A stretch of 64,000 nucleotides of DNA from Octopus vulgaris (GCA_951406725.2 OX597826.1:56048001-56112000); one strand, 5' to 3'; numbered from the stretch's first letter, positions 14,283 through 27,360 are shown. Notes: generated by a model from the sequence alone, not told the origin. Translations and numbers: made by a program.

Positions 14283-14569
14283 TTTTGTCCTTGATAATCT
14301 TTACACCCTCCACAACTCTCTTTCTCTCAACCTCATTCCTTCCATAGATCTCCAGCAATCTCTGCACCTCCCTTAGAAACCCCTATGCAAACCCCGCTTT
14401 TTACTGTCTCCCCTTCTCTATTTCTTCCCTCCCCTTCTCTCTCTCTCCACCTTGTTTCTTTCTTCTCTCAATCTCTTTTTCCAATCTCTGCATATATATA
14501 TATGTATGTAAATGTGTGTGTGTGTATGCGTGCATGCATGTGTGTATATACGTATATCTACATATATAT

Positions 14570-14754
14570 GTAAAGTATACTAGCCATCTGAATATGGCTA
14601 ACCACTAAGGGTGGGTGTTACTGTAACTTTTAGCTCCAGAAGATCATCGTCTCCAGCTGGCTTTAGGCACACACTATGATCTCCTGGGGCCAAAAAGCTA
14701 CAGCAACACCCACCCTTAGTGGTTAGCCATATTGAGATGGCTAGCATACTTTAC
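14570..14754. mobile_element. Foldback/MITE-like element (~77-bp arms)
   Basis: GTAAAGTATACTAGCCATC...GGGTGGGTGTT vs AACACCCACCC...GATGGCTAGCATACTTTAC. Confidence 0.65.
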
Positions 14755-14813
14755 GTTGTCGAGCAGTTACTGTTTACATCTAGTTCAGAGATTTATTATT
14801 GCTTACATATATA

Positions 14814-14856
<43 letters not shown>

Positions 14857-14860
14857 GTAT

Positions 14861-15250
14861 GTGTGGTAAGTAGCTTGCTTACCAACCACATGGTTCCGGG
14901 TTCAGTCCCACTGCGTGGCACCTTGGGCAAGTGTCTTCTACTATAACCTCGGGGCGACCAAAGCCTTGTGAGTGGATTTGGTAGATGGAAACTGAAAGAA
15001 GCATGTATATATATATATATATATATGTGTGTTTATAAGTTTGTGTGTCTGTGTTTGTCTCCCCAACATCGCTTGACAACCGATGCTGGTGTATTTACGT
15101 CCCCGTAATTTAGCGTTTCAGCAAAAGAGACCGATAGAATAAGTACTAAGCTTACAAAGAATAAGTCCTGGATCGATTTACTCGACTAAAGGCAGTGGTC
15201 CAACATGGCTACGGTCAAATGAGTGAAACAAATAAAGGAGTAAAATAAAA

Positions 15251-15252
<2 letters not shown>
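14861..15252 (+). mobile_element. SINE family A
   Basis: Same head/core/tail as other copies. Confidence 0.85.
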
Positions 15253-15285
<33 letters not shown>

Positions 15286-15288
<3 letters not shown>

Positions 15289-16090
15289 CATACAATGTAC
15301 ATTTAATCACGTAAGGAATCCACTCGTGGGATTCAACACGCTAGAAATAACAGCTAAATTCTATAACCACAAAAATTAGGGATAAAATTCGACAGGAACG
15401 AAATGAAAAAATATAAACATTTTACCATCAAGTTTCTTGGACCAATTGGTTTCTGATTTTAGTTTAGCAAATAAATAACATTTACTCGCGAAGTGAAATC
15501 GTCTTCAACAGGTGCACCTTGGGTTAAATATAAAAACACGATGCGATCAAACTATGTGCCTCGTATTTATACATCCTGATTTTTTTTCAAAATCTACTGC
15601 GCAGACGCAGCCCTTCGCCGGCAATAAAAAAAAATGCCAACTTTTAAAAACCGAAAATTATCCAAAGACTTACAATACTTAATCATATCAAAGGGAAATA
15701 GAACTTAATTAAAATTTTCATTTCCAGTGGCCTAACATGTAAAATTTTAGTCCAAAGACTATGTATTAGTCATAACATACAGTGTACATTTAAACACATA
15801 AGGAATCCAATCGTGGGATTCAACACGCTAGAAAGAACAACTAGGTTCTATAACCACAAAAATTAGGGATAAAAGTCGACAGGAACGAAATGAAAAAATA
15901 TAAACATTTTACCATCGAGTTTCCTGGACCAATCGGTTTCTGATTTTAGTTTAGCAAGTAAATAACATTTACGCGCGAAGTGAAATCGTCTTCAACAGGT
16001 ACACCTTGGGTTAAATATATAAATGCGAGGCGATCAAACTATGTGCCTCGTGTTTATACATCCTGATTTTTTTCAAAATCTACTGAGCAG
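15286..16090 (-). mobile_element. 487-bp tandem repeat (1.65 units) with a hammerhead-like motif per unit; retrozyme/pLTR-like
   Basis: Units start at 15286 and 15773; minus-strand end abuts (TA)n; motifs at 15436-15512 and 15923-15999. Confidence 0.6.
15923..15999 (-). ncRNA. Type-I hammerhead-like ribozyme, variant core, long helix II
   Basis: CCTG-TTGAAGA-cGATTT..hairpin..AAATCa-GAAA-CCGATTGG-TC-CAGG. Confidence 0.5.
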
Positions 16091-17034
16091 ATTTGGACTG
16101 GTGATAACATTGCATTTATACTTATCACTGGTTAGAGCTCCTACTCTGTAATAAGGAACCGTAGCAATATTGGTGGCCGTGCGCCAATGGCTGCAACTAG
16201 TAAAAAAAAGAAAAAAAAAAGAATATGTATACCTATGCGAGTAAAAATGTAAGTTCTGTTTCGACGCTACAGGACTAATTGGTCGAAGCTCATCCTGGGT
16301 TTTTTTATGGCGTTGTGGCAACAGAGAGACCTAGATTGGCCCCTGAGTGAGATGCCATGCTGTCGTAGAATTAATTCCTCAAGAATTGCTAATACATGAA
16401 ATATAGGACACAATGTCCATACGCGGTCTGAGAGGGGAACCCAAAACCTGAGGATAGCGCGTCAAATCACTCACTACGTCACGTACCTTCACGTACTTTA
16501 ATGCATACACACACACACACACACACACACACTCACCTACACATGTGCATACCTAGACATACGCACACACATACACACAATACATACACACACATGCACA
16601 TATATTTCTAAGCAATTTTATATGCGCGTGTACGCGTTTGTGTCTACGACTTTTATAAGTGTCTCCAGCTATTAATTTAGTTCACGATACAGTGTGTAGC
16701 GAGACGCGGGGGAACAAGACACAGAGATTTCAAACTAGATATTTCTACATTAACACAATTTAATGAGTTCAACGTTGCTTTTAATCCTAAAGCATACTGT
16801 TAGGCCTGGAGTATAGCTGGCAGGTAGCAAACCTAATGGCTCTACGTTCAAATCTTTCTCTTTGAACTCAGCTGCTTTGCTTATTTATTTTCACTTTTTC
16901 ACACATTTTTTTCTATAAAAAAATTACTATTTTTTTTCTATTACAAGAACTAACTCGGCAGTTTGCATATGTGATTGGTCGCACCACCATATGAATATAT
17001 ACAAACATGCATGCAAATATTAGAAAAAATATGA

Positions 17035-17089
<55 letters not shown>

Positions 17090-17116
17090 CATATACATAT
17101 ATACATATATATATAC

Positions 17117-17173
<57 letters not shown>

Positions 17174-17202
17174 ATGTGTGCGTATGTACGCACACATACA
17201 TG

Positions 17203-17502
17203 TGAAGGTGCATGGCTCGGTGGTTAGAGCGTCAAGCTCACATTCATGCGGTTGTGAGTTCGATTTATGGACCACGCTGTATGTTGTATTCTTCAGCAAG
17301 ATACTTTATTTCACGTTGCTCCAGTTCACTCAGCCTCTGCCTTTCCCTTGAATAACATTGGTGGCATGGAGACAGGCGGCTGGTATGCATGGGCAACTGC
17401 TGGTCTTCCAGAAACAACCTTGCCTGGACTTGTACCTCGGAGGCGAACTTATGAGGTGCAATCTCATGGTCGCTCATGAATGCAGGGGAAATCTTTACCC
17501 TT
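17203..17502 (+). mobile_element. SINE head H2 + tail T4
   Basis: GAAGGTGCATGGCTCGGTGGTTAGAG...GAGTTCGATT, CAGCAAGATACTTTATTTCAC core, distinct 3' part. Confidence 0.7.
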
Positions 17503-17539
17503 TATACATCCATACATATAACTATATATATGTGCGTCT

Positions 17540-17696
17540 ATGAATGAATGAATGAATGAATGTATGTATGTATGTATGTATGTATGTATGCATGCATGCA
17601 TGCATGTATGTATGTATGTATGTATGTATGCATGCATGCATGCATGTATGCATGCATGTATGTATGTATGCATGTATGTATGTATGTATGTATGTA

Positions 17697-17741
<45 letters not shown>

Positions 17742-17853
17742 GTATGTATGTATGCATGCATGCATGCATGCATGTATGTATGTATGTATGTATGTATGTA
17801 TGTATGTATGTATGTATGTATGTATGTATGTATGTATGTGTGTATGTATGTAT
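17540..17853. repeat. (TGAA)n/(TATG)n microsatellite
   Basis: Direct inspection. Confidence 0.95.
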
Positions 17854-18245
17854 CAGTCATACGAAATTGATGTAGCATTAAATCAAAATGGCTCTCTATG
17901 TATCGTACTTGATTATATAGACCGTTGGTAGGCCACTTGCTGTAGTAGTTGTCGTGAGATGACATCTGTTATGAAAATTTTAAGTTAAAAATAAAATGAA
18001 TGTCAGAGGGAGAGGATATCGGAAGGAAGAGCGGTGAATGTCATACGCGACAGAATAAAAGCCCAGGCTGCGCAACTGAGGCTGTAATATGTTATATAGC
18101 CATTTATGAACCATACTTAATGTATGTACACTATTAATAGGCCTGTTTTGCGGCATTTACCCCGTGATATCATCTCTAATGGACCTGCTATGTTGAAAAC
18201 GCAATAAATATTGAAGGGGCACGAAAATTAAGAATTTTACATGTG

Positions 18246-18297
<52 letters not shown>

Positions 18298-18507
18298 TAG
18301 AGAGATTGATACATAAAGATAGCAAAAGTGAGAGAGAGGCAGGCAGACAGACTGACAGGTACACACAGAGACAGAGATAGTAAGAAAGATAGACAGACAC
18401 ATAAATACACATGCAGATAAATGGATAGATAAATATATATATAAATAAATATATATATGTGTGCGTGTATGTATGTATGAATATATATAAATATATATAA
18501 ATATATG

Positions 18508-18593
<86 letters not shown>

Positions 18594-18698
18594 GGAACCG
18601 ACACACATATAGACAGACAGACCGATAGATAGATAGACAGACAGACAGACCGATAGATAGACCGACAGACAGATATACAGACAGACAGTTAGACAGAC

Positions 18699-18763
<65 letters not shown>

Positions 18764-20195
18764 TGTTTCTTTATTAGCCACACAGGGCTGCACACAGATA
18801 GAACAAATTACAAGGTAGAGCTTTTCTTTTGAAGGTTAAAAAAAAAAAAAAAAAAAAAAGGAAGGGGGAGTTTCGATCAAAAGGGATCGTAAAAGGAGAG
18901 AAAGAGGACAAAAAAGGGGGGAGAGGAAAAAAATTGATCAATAGGGATCGTTATCACAGAAATGTCAATATGAAGTGTAAAGGGGAGGACAGGTGAGGTT
19001 TACCCGTGGAAAGAAAAGCCTACGGAAAAGACCACGGTAACCTCGGTCAATGAAGTCACATTTTATATTTCTTTTTTTTTTTTTTTTTTTTTTTTGCAAA
19101 TAAGCAACTCTCTGTTTTCGATTTCTGGGTTCATAGGACTATGCTCAAGGTGGCTTCGTCATTCATACGTGCCATTCTTGCTACATTCACCCATCTTTTT
19201 GTAAAACATTCGCTAGACAAAACTTGCCTCTCTACTCTCACTTTCCTTTTCAAGTGGTACTTGAAGAAGTTGATGAGAGATTGACCAGAGAGGAAAGTGT
19301 TTGTCTCCAATCCTTTCAGACGCGTCCACCAGATACATTCTTTCGCCATAGCCACAAGGATGATGAAAATAGCTCTTCCTTCCCGTTTGAAGGAAGGAGG
19401 CGTGACAATATTGACGATAGACTCAGCTGATAAACCGACTCGTCCCACACGTGACAGCAGTTGTTCGACATAAGCCCACAGGTCGGAAATTGTTGGACAC
19501 TGAACGAGTGCGTGCAGAACGGTTTCGTCGCTCTGACCGCATCTCGGGCAGGTCGGCCCCGTGTTTCTCGAGCCGTGTCTGTAGAGCTTATCCCGAACGG
19601 GTAGCGCTTCTCGGTAGCACTGCCAGGCCAGGGATCTCTGGAAGTTGTCCATGGGCCCTGGCCCGAAAGTCGTCCTGAACAGGCGGGTCAGGTACTCCTC
19701 GTCGACGTCCAGGTTCGCCCCGAGCTCGTCGTCGTACCTCCCCTCCACTAAACCCCTATAGAATGCTTTGGTTGTGTTGACGTCACTTAAGGTCGACCCA
19801 GGACGGCAGAGTTGCTTGAGAGCAACGCGACACTCGCGGTGCCATTCGCCCTTCCTCGGCCTCTTTTTGATCCACGACTGCAGTTCGGTCATGGAGACGA
19901 GCTGCGGGAAAGCGTGCCTCACAAACGGCGACCACACCTGTTCACCGTCGTCTACATAGAGCCAGAGATGCCGCAGTCTCAGCGCGTGTCTGCGCATCAT
20001 CAACCACGGCATGCCCAGCCCTCCTTTTAACGGGTGTTGACAGCAAATGGATCGCCTGACCATCGGGACGCATCCTTTCCACAAGAAGCGAAAGAGGATG
20101 CGTTGTAGTTTGGTGATGGTAGGGTCGGGACAAGGTACGACGGTCAGGCGGTAGTAGATGACGGACGCGATGTACGTGTTCGCCACCTCCGCTCG

Positions 20196-20196
<1 letters not shown>
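18764..20196 (-). mobile_element. 5'-truncated L1/Tx1-clade LINE (ORF2 C-terminus + 3' UTR) within (GATA)n
   Basis: Open frame from ~20195 to 19131 with FLWKG...GGLG and zinc knuckle CPRC...ETVLHALVQC; (GATA)n on both sides; the YLSI N-terminus of the ORF call is microsatellite. Confidence 0.88.
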
Positions 20197-20232
<36 letters not shown>

Positions 20233-20258
20233 CGTAGGTAGGTAGGTAGGTAGGTAGG

Positions 20259-20344
<86 letters not shown>

Positions 20345-20575
20345 TGTTATATATGACAAGTGACAAGAGATATCAAACTGGCACATAGTCAAGCATCTAG
20401 ATTGACATAAATACACATGTATATAAATTCCGTTGGCAGACAATCAACTGTCAGACAAATCTAATATGTGAGTATGAGAGTGTAGAAACATACACACATA
20501 TATGTAGATATGAATGTATTAATATACTCATATAAATATATAAGACTAAATTATACACATATTTAGATATACACA

Positions 20576-20654
<79 letters not shown>

Positions 20655-20878
20655 ATCAGTCTATCAGCCTATATATATACATGCATAAATGTAGAACGAT
20701 GGAATGAGTGCTCAACACCGCATTGGTGGATGAATAATTTCTTTGTTTGTAAATTAAGGCTGCCTCTATTTTGGAGGCGAACATCTTTTTCCATGTAATC
20801 GGCTTGAAAAATTAAGATATTTGGATATTCCCCTACGCTTCTTAACATGAAGCGAATGGGGGCCTTAATTCGCAAATA

Positions 20879-20934
<56 letters not shown>

Positions 20935-20937
<3 letters not shown>

Positions 20938-21503
20938 TGTGCAGATAACATTAAACAAAATTTCAGTATTCCCCTTCTACCAGTGCAAAGACACAATCCC
21001 TTCACAAGAACGTTTAAATAAAGAAACTTTTTTCATTGAAAAATACAGAACACGTCTTAATATGCACGCATAACCAACTTTTATCTTTTTACATATTCCA
21101 ATTCATGATTACATCACTGTACATAAATGCCCTCCCTAAACAAGTTTTTCGAAACTTGTTTTTGTCTGTACATATATATTCCCCTCCCATTACCGAAAGC
21201 TGAAGAGCTATCTCCCTTACCCACAACAATAACAATAATAACGATAACCAATTACCTCCCCTTGCTTTTCTACTTGTGAAGTCATTCACTCGTAAATATC
21301 ATCACATATAACATGGACAAAATTTCTTCTTAACAAAAAATACATATTCAAATAAGTAAAACATATCATGATTAGAGATAGCGAAACCGGTCGATATATT
21401 AAAAAATTATATTAAAACTATGTAAGTGTGCGCATTTTCCTTTTTTTTTATTTCTTATATACATTACAACTCACCACGTGGGGATAATCGAAATTCCTTC
21501 TTT
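20935..21503 (+). mobile_element. 3' fragment of a second Penelope-like lineage (GIY-YIG C-terminus + 3' UTR with degenerate hammerhead)
   Basis: KCADNIKQNFSI/PFYQCKDTIPSQERLNKETFFIEKYRTRLN, one frameshift; ATATC-ATGATTA-GagatagC-GAAACCGGTC-GATAT at 21363-21397; ends at (TA)n. Confidence 0.6.
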
Positions 21504-21510
21504 CTGTTAC

Positions 21511-21570
<60 letters not shown>

Positions 21571-21572
<2 letters not shown>

Positions 21573-21750
21573 CGTGGTAAGTAGCTTGCTTCCCAACTAC
21601 ATGGTTCCGGGATCAGTCCCACTGCATGGAACCTTGGACAAGAATCTTCTTCTATAGCCTCAAACCGACCAAATCATTGTGAGAGGATTTGGGAGACGGA
21701 AACTGAGAGAAGCCGTCGTATATATATATATGTGTGTGTGTTTGTGTGTT

Positions 21751-21781
<31 letters not shown>

Positions 21782-22030
21782 GTTTGCATGCGTGTGTGTG
21801 TGTGTATGTATGTTTGTGTCTCTGTATGTGTTCTGCGAACATCGCTTGACAACCGATGCTTGTGTGTTTACATCCCCGTAACCTAGCGGTTCCGCAAAAG
21901 AGACCGATAGAATAAGTACTAGGCTTACGAAAAATAAGCCTGGGGTCGATATCCTTAACTAAAGGCGGTTCTCCAGCATGACCGTAATCAAATGACTGAA
22001 ACAAATAAAAGAATAACAGAATAAAAGAAC
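21571..22030 (+). mobile_element. SINE family A
   Basis: Same organisation, diverged. Confidence 0.8.
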
Positions 22031-22185
22031 ATATATATATGTATATATGTACTGACCCGGAATCACAGTCACGTGATTCCCGGTCTCTTCCTATTGCGTG
22101 GCTCCTTGGGAAACTGACTTCTTCCATAACTTCTAGTTAACCAGTGCCTTGTGAAAGGAATTCGGGAGACGGAAACTTATATATG

Positions 22186-22287
<102 letters not shown>

Positions 22288-22488
22288 ACCGGTGAGTGTG
22301 TTAAATTATAAGGCACAAAAAGAAAATGGCACTCCCCAGGCACAACAGAATTTGCTTCAACACACGAACTCACATAAACAATCTTGCAAACCAGATCCAA
22401 AAACGAAATATATATATATACCTATATATACATATGCATATATATATATATATACATATATATATATGTATATATATATATACATATA

Positions 22489-22520
<32 letters not shown>

Positions 22521-23172
22521 CACGTATATATATACGTGCGTGTTTGTGTGTCTGTGTGTGTGTATGTGTGTGTGTGTGTGTATATATATATTTAAGCGTA
22601 TGTATGCGTGAATGTATGTGCCCACGTATGTACGTATATATGAATGCCTGCATGTTTGTATATACATTGTGGTGTATAAACAAAGGCGACTGGAAGAGAT
22701 ATTTGTAGGGCAGGCAGAAGGTTTTTAAACCCATCTTCTTTCTCACATAGTGGGTCTCTTAGAAGATGAATTGGCTTGCCCACTGCCGAGCTGAATACAA
22801 GTGTGAGAGGAAGAGAGAAAGACGGAAAGAGAAACTGAGATAAACAGATAAAAATACTAACTCAAACTACGAAGATAAATTTGCTGGAAAGGCGTTAAAA
22901 TGGCCACCATATATTGTCACCCTCTGAGCTGTCTAATGTTCCAGTTATGTCCATATCTGTCTTAGAAAAGACGGAAAGAGTTATGTCTGAGATAAACAGA
23001 ATAAAACACTAACTCAAACACCTTGTTTATGTCAATAGTTTACAAGGTGGCTACTTGAGATAGCAGAATGTACGTAGTTATGTCTGTAAACTGAATAAAA
23101 CAGACGACTACGTTTATTGGTGTGTAGATGTGAGTTTTTGTGTATCTGTGTGTACGTGTGTGTCTGTGTTCG

Positions 23173-23225
<53 letters not shown>

Positions 23226-23244
23226 TTACACACACACTACAAAC

Positions 23245-23299
<55 letters not shown>

Positions 23300-23331
23300 C
23301 ACAGACACACCACTACAAACACAAATATACA

Positions 23332-23414
<83 letters not shown>

Positions 23415-24811
23415 ATGTATGTATGTATGTATGTATGTATAAGGATAGTGGTCCGGCTGTATTGTTTTGTATTGCTTGGAGCTGTTTTTATATTGTGAGT
23501 TCAAATCCTGACATGGGCCGAGAATTGAAACTACGATCGCAAGTTCCTGAGTGCAACACCCTATCCACTAACCCACACGACTTCACCACATATGTGTGTG
23601 CGCGCGCATATGTGTGTGTGTGTGTGAGTGTGTGTGTGTGAGTGTGTGCGTGTGTGTGTGCTGATGTCGCCTGGCCAAATGCTTAGGATTTTATTTTCTG
23701 GCCATGTAACGGTACACTTTCTTTTTGTGCTCCTTGCTCTTTTTTCCTCCTCTCCAGAATTTTTCGTTTTCCACGAAGAACCATACACGAAACGTTTTGC
23801 TAGCTCGACCCTCAGGAAGCCTTGAAGACATTTGTGGCTACTCGTGACTATACAGGTACCTCAAGCTATTAGAGGAAGCACATTACTTGTTACCTCATCA
23901 TCTTGGCTCACGGCTGACAACTGGCTTGCTGGCCAGCTGGCCCCATGCCTAAATTAGAAACTGTTTTAAACAATTTACACATCAAACTGTATTAATCGTT
24001 ATGAGAAACAAATTTTATTAGCCATTATAAACACTCAAATCGGTGTTTACAATTTTGAGTATCATTCTACGATGGAAAATAAATACTTTTGATAAAAAAA
24101 AAACTACATACTATTTTCCACGGCAGTAGGCCAGTAGATCACCCCTTGTGAATCAAAAGAGTAAGAAGTCAATTTTATTAGTGACAGCTACATTAGGTTA
24201 ACCGATCGAGTCCTCAGACAACCTTCATATTCTCGTTATTTATTCATTTATTTATTTATTTTTCATTTCTCAGGAGAATCGGTCCAAATATTGTTTTCCA
24301 ATTTTTTTTTGTGAATTAATGTCTTATCTCATTTGGTTTTTTGATTGAAAAGTTGAAGATAACAGAAAAGAGCCAAAACAGACATTTCACAAAAAAAAAT
24401 CTTCTATTTCAGTCGAAAATAGTAGAAGAATAGTACAAGATATTTTTGTAACATATGATTCTAAATAGGTTTTGATGTCCGAAATAAAAAGATAGAGTAT
24501 TCTTATTTTAAAAGTAATTGACTACATGTGTTCTCAGATGAGGTTACACTCTCAGCCTCATTCTTCACTGTTTATTACGACTGCAACCCTGTCTGTTTTC
24601 TCTCCTTATTTCTTTCTGTAGAAGTGCATGGGTTCGAAACGTCAATGACTTTTCCACTTTTCCTGAGCGTCAAACTAATATACCTTGTTTGTTGTTCCTT
24701 CACCCATCTCCGTCGTTTGTTTTTATGTTTTGTATAATTTTGAACCATATATACATATGTGTGTGTGTGTGTCTGTGCGTGTTTCTGTGAGTGTGTATTT
24801 ATATATGTATA

Positions 24812-25050
24812 TAAATTTGGCCAAAAGTTACACGACAGTAAATCAAAGTTCCATAAATACTATCTGTAATTCAGTATTGACTCGAATGGAAAAATGTGTC
24901 GCTCAAGAATAAAGGACTTCAGTTTGAACAATGTTCATGATCTTTAATATTTAGATGCTTTTATTAAATTCATTCAGCTATTAAACATAATAAATCTTGG
25001 AATTAAATGGGTTTTGATTTACTGTCAGGTGACTTTTGGCCAACCCTGTA
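24812..25050. mobile_element. Tc1/mariner-type MITE
   Basis: TTGGCCAAAAGTTACACGACAGTAAATCAAA vs TTTGATTTACTGTCAGGTGACTTTTGGCCAACCCTG-TA. Confidence 0.65.
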
Positions 25051-25103
25051 TATATTTATATATATGTAAGAGTGTGTGTGTGTGTGTGCATGTGTGTGTG
25101 TGT

Positions 25104-25159
<56 letters not shown>

Positions 25160-25169
25160 GCGCGTGTGT

Positions 25170-25990
25170 TTTAGATTGTCCGGAAAATTCTGAGCGTTTT
25201 TAAGCTAAATCTTTTAACGCTTCATTGAAGACACGCGAAATGTAACAGAGTTAAAACTTTGGCTTTGCTTGAAGTGATATTGCATCTCTTCCTTGTTCCC
25301 GACTAAGAATAGATTTATCTTTCATTCCGGTTACTCTTTATTGACATTTGAAATGGATAACCAAAAATTTCATATTCACCTTGTAATGCTTTTGTTTTTG
25401 AAAAAGGAGAAAATACCGCAAGACTTGCAAAAACATTTGTGAAGTTTATGGTGATGATGTAGAGTTTAGCTTGGAAGATGACAGTCGCAGTGGAAGACCT
25501 TCGAAATTGGATGGAGATGTTTTGAAGGCAAAAATCGAAGAGAACTCAGTTATCATGACTAGAGAGCTTGCAGAGGAACTGGAAGTTTCTAGAAGTACGG
25601 GCCATGAACACCTACTGAAACTAGGATACATTTCTCGCTATAATGTATGGGACCCTCACAAACTCTCAGAAAAGAATTGCTTGGATCGGTATCCCGTTTG
25701 TGATATGCCTTTGAAGCGAAATGAAAGTGTGCCTTTTTTGGAACAACTTGTGACTGGAGATGAAACATGGATTGTGTACGAGAATGTAGAGTGAAAAAGA
25801 TCGTAGAGTTTGCGTAAGGATCCCCTAAAACAGCAACGAATATGCTTTGTGTTTGGTGTGATCATAAAGGCATTATCAATTTTGAGCTACTCCCACAAAA
25901 ACATTAATTATGATGTGTACTGTCGTCAGCTGCCTAATTTGAATTTAAAAACTCAAAGAATTGAGGCCGGAGATTGCCAACAGGAAAGGG
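25170..25990 (+). pseudogene. Degenerate mariner transposon (5' TIR + transposase fragment)
   Basis: TIR-like TTAGATTGTCCGGAAAATTC; peptides RSGRP, TRELAEEL, WDPHKL (WVPHEL), FLEQLVTGDETW; stops and deletions. Confidence 0.85.
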
Positions 25991-26637
25991 AGCAGGACAT
26001 CACCAACGAGTGAATATGCGTAAACAAATGAGATACAAATACGTGACAAATTACCAAAAGATGTCTAACACCTCCTTAGCTGTTGACTGTTAATTACTAC
26101 CTGCTTTGAGCTTTCAACGACAGTACAGGAAAACTTCATAAACAGCAGCTTCCAGAAATTTTATATTTTAAAAATTTCTGGAGAGTTAGAGCTTCGAACG
26201 AACAAACAACGACAGAGTGGACGTACAGAGTAAACAATCGACCGAGGCAAACATCAAGGGCCGTTAGGCCAAGGCGCATTGAAATGGGTAACACCTGGAG
26301 AACTTTTGAAAGGATATAGAATAAATCAAAGAGAAGAAAATAGTAGAAGAGAAAAAAGGGGAAAAGTTTCTGGGGTGCGATAGAAAATTATGACCAGGTA
26401 AGTATGCATTGCATCCATTAAAGACAGAGGTGAGAAAAAATGGCATGTAGTCACGTGGGTACAAACAGGTAGAGGGGAAGGGAGGCAAGTGAGAGAATGA
26501 GGGAAACAAACACAGGCAGTGAAGAGAAGGGAGGAGAAATGAAACATAATGAGGGGTGGAAGAAAGATAGACAGAGGACAGCATAGACGGAGGAGGAGAG
26601 ACGGAAAATAAAGAGGGTTCTAGAGGGGTAGAGAGAG

Positions 26638-26696
<59 letters not shown>

Positions 26697-26860
26697 CGGA
26701 AATGGAACAGAGAGAGTCGCAGAAATTATAAATGAAAGTAAAAACTTAATGTGGACAAGGCTGCTTGGCGTTCGATTATGAATAAAAAAAAAAAAAAATA
26801 CATGAAGTGCAGGACATCAACAACGAGTGAAAGTTACGTAGACAAACGAGCGATAATTAA

Positions 26861-27151
26861 AAGACAAATACCGATTTATATATATATAAGGGCCCACAGC
26901 TTTTTAATATTCTCCCAAAGAGTCTGAGGAACTTGCACAAAGTAGATGTAGCGGTTTTTAAATCAAAGCTGGACATCTTCCTGTCAAGAGTCCCAGATGA
27001 ACCTACCTCACGGCAAGAGGTGCAAATGAGAGTAGCTGTATCAAACTCCATTCTTCACCAAGTGCCACATATTAGACGAGGTTCGTCGTAATAACAGTGT
27101 AGCACAAAACGGCGGTGCATCAGCATGGCCGCAGCTCTGAGCTGAAATTAG

Positions 27152-27155
<4 letters not shown>
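26861..27155 (+). mobile_element. CR1-type LINE 3' end
   Basis: YKGPQLFNILPKSLRN...FKSKLDIFLSRVPDEP...* (stop 27089-27091), then short 3' UTR with hairpin CAGCTC-T-GAGCTG. Confidence 0.75.
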
Positions 27156-27187
<32 letters not shown>

Positions 27188-27190
<3 letters not shown>

Positions 27191-27343
27191 CGGGAAGCTT
27201 TATGAAAATAGACAAAAGACGAAGGCAGGTGGGAAACAAACAAACAATTGTATTAGTATGGCACTCAGGAAATATAAATAAAACAAGTCTTTAACGTTTC
27301 GAGCCTACGCTCTTCAACAGAAAGATACACAGAGAGAAAAAAA
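27188..27343 (-). mobile_element. Solo 3' fragment of the Neptune pLTR
   Basis: Reverse complement of ~46040-46200, near identical; (TA)n flanks. Confidence 0.9.
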
Positions 27344-27360
27344 CAGTATATATATATATA

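Noticed and set aside
22815-23105. Short ~50-bp direct repeats at ~150-bp spacing
   Set aside because: Degenerate, with no ribozyme core or transposon ends found
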